Positions 15,951 to 25,769 of a DNA stretch of 64,000 bases are shown here, one piece after another. The stretch's first letter is position 1. Each line of letters opens with the position of its first letter. The stretch is from the IMG/VR virus record IMGVR_UViG_3300030385_002649, positions 62,001 to 126,000 of that record. One strand, given 5' to 3'. A program made the translations under genes and the position numbers. Below the pieces are notes generated by a model. The model was not told where the DNA came from, searched no databases, and saw nothing but the letters and a program-made list of their open reading frames with translations.

Positions 15951-17010
15951 ATACACCTATGCACCTTATAGGTTCCAACATGCCTCAGCCGTGTGCGCAT
16001 TAAAAGAACCAGCTAAAAACCACGGGTCCCAAAAATCGGGGGCCCTGGTTGCGTTTTACGCAGGGTTATCCGAATGCCACGAGTCTCAGCACGTCTGCCT
16101 AGCCTTCAACGGTGAAGTGTTCCACGAGCTAGAGCCGTACACTGGCAATCCTGTTCTTTTCTCCACAAGCGAGACAGAAGCTGTTCTAATTTACTCCAAG
16201 TTCGAAGACTTGCCAGCAAACAGGATAAGATGGTGGCAATATTGTTCCCTGTGGGCCCGCAAGATTTCCACCCTGGACGATGGAGTGCTTTGCGTTTCAG
16301 ACCCTGAGCAGATCATAGTGGAAATGGAAGACCTCCCAACAGGAAAAGGTCTTCTTACTAGGTGCCACCCTGTCAAGACAGAAATCCCGGGGTTCACAGA
16401 AGAAAAGTGGTGCTTACCAGTCTATCGTGAACACGACCCAACCCACCACGGTGCTCTCCTGATCAGCGATGACGGGTTTAAATGGGAAACCCATAGTCTT
16501 ATTGGGCACGATTCCACCTCCAATAGGGGCCTTCCCATTAGAAGCATCCAACCTACCTTCTGGAAGCAGAATGGAGAATTGCACGCTCTACTTCGAAACT
16601 TCAATTATTCGAGCAAGGGCCCTAGATTGGCTTATCATTCTAGGCTTGATGCAGACGGAAAATGGAAGCCTCTTGTAGAGTCCACACTCTACAATGCTAA
16701 TAATAGCTTAGTGGTCTTGCCCCACAATGACCGCAGTTTTGTGCTATGGAACCATGACCCTAAAGGCAGAAATAACTTGTTTCTTGGAGTGTTGAACACG
16801 CATGGTACAGGGGTTCCAAACGGTGGAGTGATTGCTAAAGTTTCTGATTATGGCCATTACCCTTCGATGGCTGTTATCGAGGGGAAGTTGCACATATTGT
16901 TCACAACTTCGATAGCTCACGTTGATTCCTTCACAGCCAAGTCATGCATCAAACATCGCATTTTCGACTTGGACTCAATGGAAATGTTTTTAAAAGCTAA
17001 GGGATTCTAA
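15928..17010 (+). CDS. BNR/Asp-box sialidase-like beta-propeller
   Basis: ISDDGFKWE Asp-box, IQPT...GELHALLR, RNNL, YPSMAVIEGKLHILFT. Confidence 0.65.
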   Translation: MASMSVTEYTYAPYRFQHASAVCALKEPAKNHGSQKSGALVAFYAGLSECHESQHVCLAFNGEVFHELEPYTGNPVLFSTSETEAVLIYSKFEDLPANRIRWWQYCSLWARKISTLDDGVLCVSDPEQIIVEMEDLPTGKGLLTRCHPVKTEIPGFTEEKWCLPVYREHDPTHHGALLISDDGFKWETHSLIGHDSTSNRGLPIRSIQPTFWKQNGELHALLRNFNYSSKGPRLAYHSRLDADGKWKPLVESTLYNANNSLVVLPHNDRSFVLWNHDPKGRNNLFLGVLNTHGTGVPNGGVIAKVSDYGHYPSMAVIEGKLHILFTTSIAHVDSFTAKSCIKHRIFDLDSMEMFLKAKGF

Positions 17011-17026
17011 AGTCCAAATATAAAGC

Positions 17027-17524
17027 ATGACAAAATTCATGCTTTATCTGGTTGTCCCTTTTGTATTGTTATTTAGTTCGTGTTCAACGCAAGAATTATC
17101 TAGCGACTGGTACCCATTAACAACATTAGTTGAACGTCCGGACATTGGGAATGAACGTGTTGTCACAACCGTTTCCCCTTACCTGTATACCTCTAGCCTA
17201 GATTGGTTTAATGAGACCTATACTCCGGGTTCTGTCCCTTATGAGGCCCTCAGACGACACGAGGTGACGCACGCTAAAAGGCAAGAAGCTTCTTCTAGTA
17301 AGACGCTCTGGCTTCAACGTTACCTAACTGACAAAAAATTCCGATACGAAGAGGAAAAGGCCGGATATAAGGCTGGGATAGAGTATTATATCAAGAGCGG
17401 GTGGGCTGCGAGCCCCGAGGGCCTGGCAGAAACCCTGTCTGGAAAAGCTTACGGCAGTATGGTTTCCTACGATGAAGCCTTGATCTGGACTAAGAAGATG
17501 ATTGCAGATGCAAAAGCCAAGTAG
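17027..17524 (+). CDS. lipoprotein with HExxH motif (zincin-like), paralog 1
   Basis: Lipobox LLFSSC; RRHEVTHAKRQE; YEEEKAGY. Confidence 0.75.
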   Translation: MTKFMLYLVVPFVLLFSSCSTQELSSDWYPLTTLVERPDIGNERVVTTVSPYLYTSSLDWFNETYTPGSVPYEALRRHEVTHAKRQEASSSKTLWLQRYLTDKKFRYEEEKAGYKAGIEYYIKSGWAASPEGLAETLSGKAYGSMVSYDEALIWTKKMIADAKAK

Positions 17525-17542
17525 TGGGCTGTAAATAGAAGG

Positions 17543-18184
17543 ATGAAAGTAAAAACAAGCGCATTCTGCGGTCTATCCCGCAACAAGGATTGGCAATTGT
17601 GGTTAAAAGACCAAGCGCCGGACTTAAATAAAGAATTGGATATAACGATTAAGTCCATGAAGGGTTGTCGAGCTAATAGCAACAAGATGATGGACATCTA
17701 TTACGAGCTTTACAAAAGAAATAAGGGTCAAAAATTCGAAGATTTCATCAGAGGTCGATTCCCATGGCTCGTAGAGGAAGAAGAGAAGAACACTAGGAAA
17801 GAGATTCGGAAAAAGGTCTCAGATCTAAAAAAGAAGGGAATCATTAAAAAGGTCAACATGATGGACCATGACGCGGTCAACAAACACCGTGTCTTCACCC
17901 TTTATCGCCCACATATTTTGAGTTTTCCCCAAAAGTTAATCATTGTTGGGGACGACCTCTTCAATAAAACTCAAGAGTTCTTAAAAAACAAAATCGGAGC
18001 TGATTACCTTATTGTTGAGGACAGGTCATATATCGAGTATTTCGAGCAGAAATACGCTAATGTTGTCGACAAGATCCCAAGAAAAAACCGGGAGATATAT
18101 AAATACAGGCAGAAGAATAGTCAGAATGCAACAAGCAATACTCCTAACGAGTCTGAACTTCAAGAACCCGAGCAATCTAGCTAA
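17543..18184 (+). CDS. basic hypothetical protein (213 aa)
   Basis: Long ORF; TAAATA 5 nt upstream of the ATG. Confidence 0.7.
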   Translation: MKVKTSAFCGLSRNKDWQLWLKDQAPDLNKELDITIKSMKGCRANSNKMMDIYYELYKRNKGQKFEDFIRGRFPWLVEEEEKNTRKEIRKKVSDLKKKGIIKKVNMMDHDAVNKHRVFTLYRPHILSFPQKLIIVGDDLFNKTQEFLKNKIGADYLIVEDRSYIEYFEQKYANVVDKIPRKNREIYKYRQKNSQNATSNTPNESELQEPEQSS

Positions 18185-19298
18185 CTTAGAATTGTACAAA
18201 CTATTCAACAACTTCTCGGACTACGACACATACATCTATTACGAAGGGTCAGAGAAGTCTAAAATCTGGAATCAAGTTTCAAACTCCAAGATCATATCCA
18301 AGAGTCCGAGCGCATTTAAAGATGCCCTCATCCTATTATGTGGATATAACCCATCCTTAGCGAACCTAGATAGATCTAATAGGGTTTTTTACTTCGTACA
18401 AGGCAGAAAACTAGAAAGCAGGGAGCTAACGCTCCTTCCAATCCTCGACACGGTAGTGGTCGATTCTCTTGATTCTGCTTACATTGTCCAATCCCAAATG
18501 GGGCCATATAAGAATAAGGTTAGAGTTGTGGTTCTCCCCGCCTGGTGGGACACCCAGCCAGAAGAATATCCTTCGGTAGTAAATGCGAAGGTTTGCAACT
18601 ATGACGAAATATTCGGACACGCCTTAAACAGCATCCCGAGATGTAAGGAAGACCATAAAGCTTGGATGATAGTAAACCCCGAAACCGTTGAAGTTCTAAA
18701 GTATATGGCCATGGGGAAACCAGTTTTAGCCCCGGATAAGACCCCGTATTCTAGTCTTATCATCAACGGTTTCAACGGTTTTCTGATATCAAAACCTGGG
18801 GATGTATCAACATCAATACGGCAACTCAAGAGAAACCGAAAAGAAATTTCCCTTAACGCCAAAGCTGCAGCTAGAGCAATACTGTCTCCTGCCAAATACC
18901 TTGATAAGCTATTAAATTCTGTTGGTGTAGAACCCCTCCCGGAGCCGTCAAAGCCAAGTAGGTGGGTTATAAAGGAGAGGTATTTTGCTGACGGCGGGAT
19001 TGGTTTTCGGCCCGAGACTATTGGTGCTGAGTTTAGAGATGCTGAAGTGTACGATCTAATTGAAATTCTAGAGTTCTTGGCTATTAAGAAGTTTCGTGAC
19101 GCTTTCGTGTTCGGTTTTGATTTTCCCATTTATGACGCTATCGAGATGGGTAGGGTGAAGACCCTTCTCAAAATTCTTGGGGAAAATTCTCTTAATATTA
19201 GGTTCTGTCTGGATGGCGATATTCCACCAGAGTGGGTAAATATTTTCAAAAAATTAAGTGTTGTGTCAGTTGAAGAAGGACTGAAACAAGTCCGGTAA
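18126..19298 (+). CDS. GT-B glycosyltransferase (GT4-like) domain protein
   Basis: ETVEVLKYMAMGKPVLAPD...IINGFNGFL; the track starts at 18012, ATG18126 gives less overlap. Confidence 0.6.
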   Translation: MQQAILLTSLNFKNPSNLANLELYKLFNNFSDYDTYIYYEGSEKSKIWNQVSNSKIISKSPSAFKDALILLCGYNPSLANLDRSNRVFYFVQGRKLESRELTLLPILDTVVVDSLDSAYIVQSQMGPYKNKVRVVVLPAWWDTQPEEYPSVVNAKVCNYDEIFGHALNSIPRCKEDHKAWMIVNPETVEVLKYMAMGKPVLAPDKTPYSSLIINGFNGFLISKPGDVSTSIRQLKRNRKEISLNAKAAARAILSPAKYLDKLLNSVGVEPLPEPSKPSRWVIKERYFADGGIGFRPETIGAEFRDAEVYDLIEILEFLAIKKFRDAFVFGFDFPIYDAIEMGRVKTLLKILGENSLNIRFCLDGDIPPEWVNIFKKLSVVSVEEGLKQVR

Positions 19299-19303
19299 AA
19301 ATA
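19296..19303 (+). promoter_or_regulatory. TAAAAATA putative late promoter
   Basis: 14 nt upstream of ATG19318; the same octamer occurs at three other gene starts. Confidence 0.5.
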
Positions 19304-19317
19304 AGTTAGAGGCTACG

Positions 19318-20619
19318 ATGGACAATGATATCTTAAAGATCGCCAGCATGTTGGGCGAAGACCCAGACGACATCAAGGAGATGGCACTCACTACAGGTGC
19401 CATTCCTGCTGGCCCATTTGGAGACGCTGGCTTCGTTAACAAGAAGAAGTCAAAGGCCAACAAAAAACGGAGCCGCAAAAAGAAGAAATCCGGATCCGAT
19501 AACAAAGAAGGTTCAGTTCTATACTCCGGAATAGAGGACGATAAGCACATCGAAGAGGCTAGCAGAGTAAAGAAACAAGTCGCCGCGCCGACAAGATTGA
19601 TGACTCCAGAAGAGAGAAAAGCGAAAAAGAAACAAGAGGTTAACCTTCACCTTAAGCAAAAAGCGCAACATCTATCCCCATCCAACATCAGAAGACCAAA
19701 TTCGATCATCTTCAACGGTGGGATCGACGTTAACCCAATGGAGGTTCCTGATTCCACTGAAATGCAAGGAATCAACGCTAGGGTAGAAAAGGCCGAAAGC
19801 TCACTTGGCGAATCATGGAAAAAACTCACTAATATCTTTAACGCCCTAAGACACTTAGAAATGTACGATGGCAAGATCCAGATCTTCGATAAGAACAAGT
19901 GTCACTTTTACAGACAATATCGAATCTTGAATGACATTTATTCCAGCGGACACTCAGCATATGAAGAGGCTCAAAATGAATGGGGCGGAGGGATTTCGCC
20001 GGGTCTAAGCATGCTTCCTCCCGTTAAAGGTTGGAGGGGGATCCACAATTGGAACAAAAACGCACTCGAACGTAGTCGCTACGTCAAGAATTACGTTCGT
20101 CAAATTGCTTACGTCTATTTGAAGCACATTGGTGAAAATGTTCTGATCACTCATATGGGCAGTTGCAGTAAAGCTGACTGTCTGAAATCCAACCACGCTC
20201 ATTTCCTTATTAAAGGATACTGCGATGGTTTCAAAGAGGACGGGCAAGTCTGGAATATGACTAGAGCGGTGAAAAAGGTATTCAAGATCCGCCAGAAAGC
20301 TCTGCAAGACTTCGCAGCTAAGAGAAGGAAGAAAAAGGAAAAACCACCAGCCCCTACTCTGAGCCCAGGAGACCAAGCACGCTATGATGAAGAAATCGCC
20401 ACTCATGGTAGGGTTAGAGGTGGACAAATGGCTTACGTCTTCCAAGACTACTATTATGACCTTATCCACAAGAACGATAAGGATGAGATGCCCGAAGTTG
20501 GCCCAGAAACTGCAGCCAAGCAGGGGCAAGCTCAAGCGCCTAACCCCACACAAGTTGACGAGTGGGCACCTTTTGATATCTCAGGGTATCTAACAGAAGA
20601 CCCGGATTTGTTTATATGA
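19318..20619 (+). CDS. hypothetical, probable virion/internal protein with LxEDPD motifs at both ends
   Basis: N-terminal IASMLGEDPD and C-terminal ISGYLTEDPDLF; TAAAAATA upstream. Confidence 0.7.
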   Translation: MDNDILKIASMLGEDPDDIKEMALTTGAIPAGPFGDAGFVNKKKSKANKKRSRKKKKSGSDNKEGSVLYSGIEDDKHIEEASRVKKQVAAPTRLMTPEERKAKKKQEVNLHLKQKAQHLSPSNIRRPNSIIFNGGIDVNPMEVPDSTEMQGINARVEKAESSLGESWKKLTNIFNALRHLEMYDGKIQIFDKNKCHFYRQYRILNDIYSSGHSAYEEAQNEWGGGISPGLSMLPPVKGWRGIHNWNKNALERSRYVKNYVRQIAYVYLKHIGENVLITHMGSCSKADCLKSNHAHFLIKGYCDGFKEDGQVWNMTRAVKKVFKIRQKALQDFAAKRRKKKEKPPAPTLSPGDQARYDEEIATHGRVRGGQMAYVFQDYYYDLIHKNDKDEMPEVGPETAAKQGQAQAPNPTQVDEWAPFDISGYLTEDPDLFI

Positions 20620-21719
20620 TACCAGTATATCAGCCATGGCTAACATCTAAAGAAAAGAACAACGTCCACGAAGCAATGGAGTCAGGTTGGATCTCATCAA
20701 CCGGCAAATACGTGGAGAAAGCCGAAGAGTTATTCGCAGACTTTGTAGGAACGAAACACGCTATAACAACCACCTCCGGAACTACAGCACTTCATTTATG
20801 CTTAAGAGCAATGAAAATCGAAGACCCTAAGAAATACGTTATCGTCCCGAACATTACGTTCATTGCTACCGCCTTCGCCGCCTCTTATGAAAGGATGGGA
20901 GTATTGATTGCTGAAGTTGATCCAAGAACGTGGAATATCGATCCATTACAAGTTGAACATTTCTGCTCTAATTATGATGTCGCAGCGGTAATTCCAGTAC
21001 ATTTATATGGGAATCCGGCTGACATGATTGCGCTTAAAGTCCTACAGGAAACCTGGGGTTTTGCGCTGATTGAAGACGCTTGCGAGTCTCTTGGTGCCAA
21101 AATCGGGGATAAAATGACGGGTTCTCTGGGCGACATGTCTTGCTTCTCCTTCTACGGGAACAAGACCTTCACTAGCGGAGAAGGCGGGATGGTCACGACG
21201 GATGATGACGAGTATGCTGAAAGGGCTCGGTTGCTACGAGGACAGGCTCAGGATCCGAACAAACGCTACTGGCACGTGGACGTGGGTCACAATTATCGCA
21301 TGACTAATATCCAAGCGGCTATCTTATGCGCCCAACTTGAGAGAGCGGACCAAATACTAGCCGAGAAGAAAAGAGTCTCTGACCGCTACTTGGCTAACTT
21401 GGGCGACATGGACGAATTGAAGTTCCAGAAGGTCTTCGAGGACCATGAACACTCTAATTGGTTAGTAAGCACTGAGCTTCTAACCACTAAAAATCACATT
21501 TTCTCAACTTGGATGCGGGAGAACGGGGTAGACACTAGAAAAGTCTTCTACCCGATTTCTGACATGCCGACGTATAAGGACTGTGAAACGCGAGAGCCTC
21601 CCCGAATATCGAGGAGGCTCTCTGAGCACGGTGTGTCGTTTCCATCTTATCCAGAATTGAGCAATAAAGAGGTCGACCACATTTGTGATCTAGTAAAGAA
21701 CTTTTTACTTAAGGCTTAG
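20616..21719 (+). CDS. DegT/DnrJ/EryC1/StrS PLP aminotransferase (perosamine-synthase-like)
   Basis: SGWISSTG, SGTTALHL, PVHLYG, EDACES, SFYGNKTFTSGEGG, NYRMTNIQAA. Confidence 0.93.
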   Translation: MIPVYQPWLTSKEKNNVHEAMESGWISSTGKYVEKAEELFADFVGTKHAITTTSGTTALHLCLRAMKIEDPKKYVIVPNITFIATAFAASYERMGVLIAEVDPRTWNIDPLQVEHFCSNYDVAAVIPVHLYGNPADMIALKVLQETWGFALIEDACESLGAKIGDKMTGSLGDMSCFSFYGNKTFTSGEGGMVTTDDDEYAERARLLRGQAQDPNKRYWHVDVGHNYRMTNIQAAILCAQLERADQILAEKKRVSDRYLANLGDMDELKFQKVFEDHEHSNWLVSTELLTTKNHIFSTWMRENGVDTRKVFYPISDMPTYKDCETREPPRISRRLSEHGVSFPSYPELSNKEVDHICDLVKNFLLKA

Positions 21720-22218
21720 GATGCCATTGTCCGCTTCGTACCAGTCTAGCCCAAGTTAGAGCGTCCTCATAAGAGACAATCCCTCCAGTGAAGATCTTAT
21801 ACTTGGACAGCGCAGATGCGACATTTTCAGGTCGCAGTGAACCATCTAGTTTCATCTGGTGATAATACCCAATTTTCTCTTCCGCTAAAGCGAACTTAGC
21901 ATCCGTCATATATTGTCCGACCCAGGAGAAAACTCCTGTCTTCTCCTGGCGTTGTGCATGAATTCGTTCATGAGTCATGATAGACCTGAACTTCACAGAG
22001 CCGGGTGGCTTCAGCTTGAGGTAGTAATCGAGGTCCGTTACGTAACAATACGGGGAAACAGTGGTGATATTGGATTTGGAGGGAACGACCAATGCTGCCA
22101 TTTTAGAACGTTGTTTAATTTCCTTCAGGGGAAGCCATTCATCGTCCAGTTCGTAAGATTTAGCGTTGGTACAACCCGAGAAAACCAAGACTGCGAGAAT
22201 TAACAAATACTTTTTCAT
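21709..22218 (-). CDS. lipoprotein with HExxH motif, paralog 2
   Basis: Lipobox VFSGC; MTHERIHAQRQE; alignable along its length with 17027..17524. Confidence 0.78.
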   Translation of the reverse strand: MKKYLLILAVLVFSGCTNAKSYELDDEWLPLKEIKQRSKMAALVVPSKSNITTVSPYCYVTDLDYYLKLKPPGSVKFRSIMTHERIHAQRQEKTGVFSWVGQYMTDAKFALAEEKIGYYHQMKLDGSLRPENVASALSKYKIFTGGIVSYEDALTWARLVRSGQWHPKP

Positions 22219-22230
22219 ATAGCACCTAGA

Positions 22231-22238
22231 TATTTTTA
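22231..22238 (-). promoter_or_regulatory. TAAAAATA putative late promoter
   Basis: 12 nt upstream of ATG22218. Confidence 0.5.
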
Positions 22239-23522
22239 GTGAAACTGTTCTGTTTCGGTTGAGCCTGCAAGAGCAGACGTTGATGGGTCCACGCCAATGG
22301 TTTTCTTGATATCGTCATAATATCCGGTACCAACAAATCCTTGGTGCTTGACAGCCTTGTAACCATCCGATTCCGCAAGAGCGAATTCTTCTTCCTGAAG
22401 AGTAGAGTACGCTGCCATTCCAGAATCTTTATAGTCATGAGCTAGCTTGTACATCGACGTGTTCAATGAGTGGAAGCCAGCAAGGGTGATGAATTGAAAC
22501 ACATAACCCATTTTGGCTAGTTCATTCTGAAATTCAGACAATTCTCCGGTCCGGTCCTTGTTAGATTCCCAATTGAAGGATGGAGAACAATTATACGCCA
22601 ACATCTTGTGTGGGTATTTGTCGTGAATTGCCGTGGCAAATTGACGGGCCTCTTCGAGGTCGGGTCTAGCTGTTTCTACCCATACCATGTCAGCGTAAGG
22701 AGCGTAAGCTAGACCTCTAGCGATTGCCATGTCCAACCCGCCAGTGACGCCATAGAATTGGCCTTGGCTTTCTCCGGTTAGGAAGGGCTTATCGCGGTCG
22801 TCGATGTCTGAAGTCATGAGTTTAGCGCTGTTGGCATCAGTTCTAGCAATGATCACAGTGTTAGCACCGACCACGTCTGCTGCTAACCTAGCGACTTTTA
22901 GTTTTTCGATGAATTCGCTGGTTGGGACTAGAACTTTACCGCCGAGGTGGCCACATTTCTTTTCGGAGGACAGTTGGTCTTCCAGGTGGACCCCTGCTGC
23001 TCCAGCTTCGATCATCCCTTTTACAACTTCGAAGGTGCACTGGACTCCGCCGAATCCGGCTTCAGCGTCAGCTACGATTGGCTGGACATAATTGTAACGG
23101 GGTTTCCCGTCTGTCTCTCCGAATTCGATCTGGTCTGCTCTTATCATGGCGTTGTTCAATTTCTGAACGTGGAAGGCCATGCTGTTGTTGGCGTAGAGGC
23201 TTAGGTCTGGGTACATCTGGCCGGACAGGTTGTTATCTGCGGCGACTTGCCATCCACTTGCGTAGACCGCCCTGAGGCCAGCTTGCGTCATTTGGATAGC
23301 TTGGTTTCCTGTTACTGCTCCGAGTGCTCTAACGGCGGGGCCTTCTTTTCGGAAGGCTTTTTGGCATTCTTTGTGCAATTGATCAGACATTTCCTCAGCT
23401 AGAAACCGTGGGTCTTTTGTGCCTCTCAGTCGGACGACATCTTGCTCGCTATAATCTCGTTGAACTTCTTTCCATCTGGGATCTGACCATTCGTTTTTTA
23501 AGTCTTCTGCTGATTTGTTCAT
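22236..23522 (-). CDS. aceA: isocitrate lyase
   Basis: SGWQVAAD, YPDLS, IVADAEAGFGG, HLEDQ, KKCGH, ARTDA, YNCSPSFNW, FITLAGFH. Confidence 0.97.
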   Translation of the reverse strand: MNKSAEDLKNEWSDPRWKEVQRDYSEQDVVRLRGTKDPRFLAEEMSDQLHKECQKAFRKEGPAVRALGAVTGNQAIQMTQAGLRAVYASGWQVAADNNLSGQMYPDLSLYANNSMAFHVQKLNNAMIRADQIEFGETDGKPRYNYVQPIVADAEAGFGGVQCTFEVVKGMIEAGAAGVHLEDQLSSEKKCGHLGGKVLVPTSEFIEKLKVARLAADVVGANTVIIARTDANSAKLMTSDIDDRDKPFLTGESQGQFYGVTGGLDMAIARGLAYAPYADMVWVETARPDLEEARQFATAIHDKYPHKMLAYNCSPSFNWESNKDRTGELSEFQNELAKMGYVFQFITLAGFHSLNTSMYKLAHDYKDSGMAAYSTLQEEEFALAESDGYKAVKHQGFVGTGYYDDIKKTIGVDPSTSALAGSTETEQFH

Positions 23523-23530
23523 GGTTCTCC

Positions 23531-25033
23531 TTAAGCGGGGTTGTGTTGTTGAGAGTAAATGAGTTGTTTGGTTTCTTCGGCGGCTTGTCTTAGTGTAGCC
23601 TCTGTGCCCAGTTCGCCAGTATCATGTGCTAATGCGATGATCGAATCGAGTACTTGAGCGAAGCACTGTTCAACTTGTTTCTTGGAAACAACCTCGTGTT
23701 GTAGTCTTTGAGCGACCATCAGCCTGCAGATTCTGTCCGTCGCGAGGTCTTCCATATACCCATCGAGCAAGACGGCTCCTCTACCATTAATGACGCCATT
23801 TCGGTATCTTACAGACACTCGGATGCAGTCCTGGAGCCCTTCTATAGTCATCGGAAGTGGAGTGGCCCGATCCCACATATCTGAAACATCCAGAAGATCA
23901 GGGATCGGACAATCAGGAATAATGTCTAGCTGATTAAATGCCGGGAATGCGCCAACTGCGATGTCATTCTGATCCGGATGTCCAGTCCAAGCTCCATCGA
24001 ACCCACAAGAGGCTTCATTAGCCTTATCCTTAGCCAGAAGTGTCAAAGCTCGGTCGTTCAATTCCTTATCGGAACGGCTTGGGTAAAGAGCGGTCATCCC
24101 GCCGATAGCGAGAATCCCAAATTCGTGGCATGTTTGGACAAGGTGGTGACGGAGGTTCTGAAAGAAAGCAGCGTCGTGGGGGATGCTGTTTCGGTCTGGG
24201 AGGAGGAATTCCTTCTCGCTATTCCAATCGATCCAGCTAGCCATATAATCCCATCGGCCAAGATTTAAGCCAAGTAGATGGTCTCGCAATTGGCCGATGA
24301 ATCCTCTTAAGTCACATGCCATTGGGTAGGATTCTACAAGGGCCATACATTTGATGTAGTTATCTTCTAGACCAACGGACCTAGCGGCGTGTTTTAGCAC
24401 TTCTGACCACCAGGCAGCTTCGGCTGGGTGTTCAGTCTTTGGAATGTAAATGCATAATGGTTTGTCCATTAGGTCGGGTTTGATGCGCCAAACGAGGTTG
24501 GCGATATCGAAGAGCGGGGCTGAAGTCAATCTACCGTTCACAACTTGGGTTAGGTGTAAGCCTCTGACTCTGCTCCAGACGACTGGATTGCCCGTGATCT
24601 CGTGAGTCTCTCCTCTTTTTTCATAAGATAAGGAGCCATGTAGGGCTTGGACAATGTTATCGTACCCTGTTTGGAGGGACTCCCAATTGTTAGCCATGGA
24701 ATCCTCTAAGTCGAGCATAACGCCTGGCGACCCGGAGTTGATCATTTTAACAACTAGTTCAGCGCTATCCGCTGGTCCGGTCATTTGGTTTCTTTGGTCT
24801 CGACACCAGGTTGGAAGGCTTACTTTCCAGGTTGATTTGCGTCTTGGCGGGGAGCCCGCTTTTTCACATTCACCCCTGGCCTTGGGCTTCCAATCTGGGA
24901 ACTTTTTGGTGCGTTCTAGAATCTCTCTACGTTGTTCTATCGCTTTGAAGGCATGGGCGGAGAATTTACTGTGAAATGACTCGTAGAATTCTAGAAATTC
25001 TGGGTCTACTAAATTGCCAACGTTAGGTTTCAT
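23531..25033 (-). CDS. aceB: malate synthase
   Basis: QMTGP, MLDLEDS, RVRGLH, YIPK, LVES, GLNLGRWDY, AIGGM, GFDGAWTGHP, MEDLAT (catalytic Arg/Glu/Asp/Asp present). Confidence 0.94.
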   Translation of the reverse strand: MKPNVGNLVDPEFLEFYESFHSKFSAHAFKAIEQRREILERTKKFPDWKPKARGECEKAGSPPRRKSTWKVSLPTWCRDQRNQMTGPADSAELVVKMINSGSPGVMLDLEDSMANNWESLQTGYDNIVQALHGSLSYEKRGETHEITGNPVVWSRVRGLHLTQVVNGRLTSAPLFDIANLVWRIKPDLMDKPLCIYIPKTEHPAEAAWWSEVLKHAARSVGLEDNYIKCMALVESYPMACDLRGFIGQLRDHLLGLNLGRWDYMASWIDWNSEKEFLLPDRNSIPHDAAFFQNLRHHLVQTCHEFGILAIGGMTALYPSRSDKELNDRALTLLAKDKANEASCGFDGAWTGHPDQNDIAVGAFPAFNQLDIIPDCPIPDLLDVSDMWDRATPLPMTIEGLQDCIRVSVRYRNGVINGRGAVLLDGYMEDLATDRICRLMVAQRLQHEVVSKKQVEQCFAQVLDSIIALAHDTGELGTEATLRQAAEETKQLIYSQQHNPA

Positions 25034-25310
25034 CGTCTTCCTCTTTTTCGATAATTTTTAGAAACCCAATTTTGTGAGCTATTGCTGCCCACAGCTGATC
25101 ACATATTGGTGCATGTGCGACCTCTTGGTATTTCCCGGTTTTAATGTCTTTTCTTAGGGTTTTTAGGTCTAGAACGTTCTTAACTGAACGAGTTACTAGA
25201 ACGTTCTCTTCTTTTTCCACCCAGCCTTTGGGTGTTTCTACAGCGAAATGTCTCCCGTTTCGTTTTACAACTAGTAGGGAGATAGGTTTTGTGAACACCC
25301 ATTCTTTCAT
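25023..25310 (-). CDS. hypothetical protein (95 aa)
   Basis: Coupled upstream of aceB. Confidence 0.65.
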   Translation of the reverse strand: MKEWVFTKPISLLVVKRNGRHFAVETPKGWVEKEENVLVTRSVKNVLDLKTLRKDIKTGKYQEVAHAPICDQLWAAIAHKIGFLKIIEKEEDDET

Positions 25311-25751
25311 TTAGTAATTCTTCCATTTAGGCTGGTAGAGCTTTTTTTTCTCCTCTTCAGTCATAGAGAGTTGTTCGACGTTGAGCTTGTCGATTTCGTC
25401 CATTAGTTGGTTACGCTGAAGGTTGAGGTCGCACGCTCTTTTTAAAATATGGCGGACACGATCTGGGTCATCTCCAAATTCTTCAGCCCACTCGTCCGGG
25501 GTCATTCTGCGAAACCTGTAGAGGTCGTCTTGAGCGTGCCACATTCTTACAGTAACAATTGAAAGTTTGTCAGTTAAGGAGCCAATTGTGTCCATTTCTT
25601 CCCTCTTGCCTTCTAATTCTACCGGGTTGCACGGGCTGTCATTGAACAAATTATGTAGAGTGGAATGAAACCACTCTACAAGGTGCTCGGAGTCTAATTT
25701 TTTAACTGCTGCGCTCTCAGCGCGCTCTGCCAAAATTGAGTAGTTTAACAT
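25311..25751 (-). CDS. DUF4254-like helical protein
   Basis: DTIGSLTDKLSI...WHAQD and LNLQRNQLMDEID resemble DUF4254 motifs. Confidence 0.6.
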   Translation of the reverse strand: MLNYSILAERAESAAVKKLDSEHLVEWFHSTLHNLFNDSPCNPVELEGKREEMDTIGSLTDKLSIVTVRMWHAQDDLYRFRRMTPDEWAEEFGDDPDRVRHILKRACDLNLQRNQLMDEIDKLNVEQLSMTEEEKKKLYQPKWKNY

Positions 25752-25769
25752 TAGGACAACCAGTATCTG

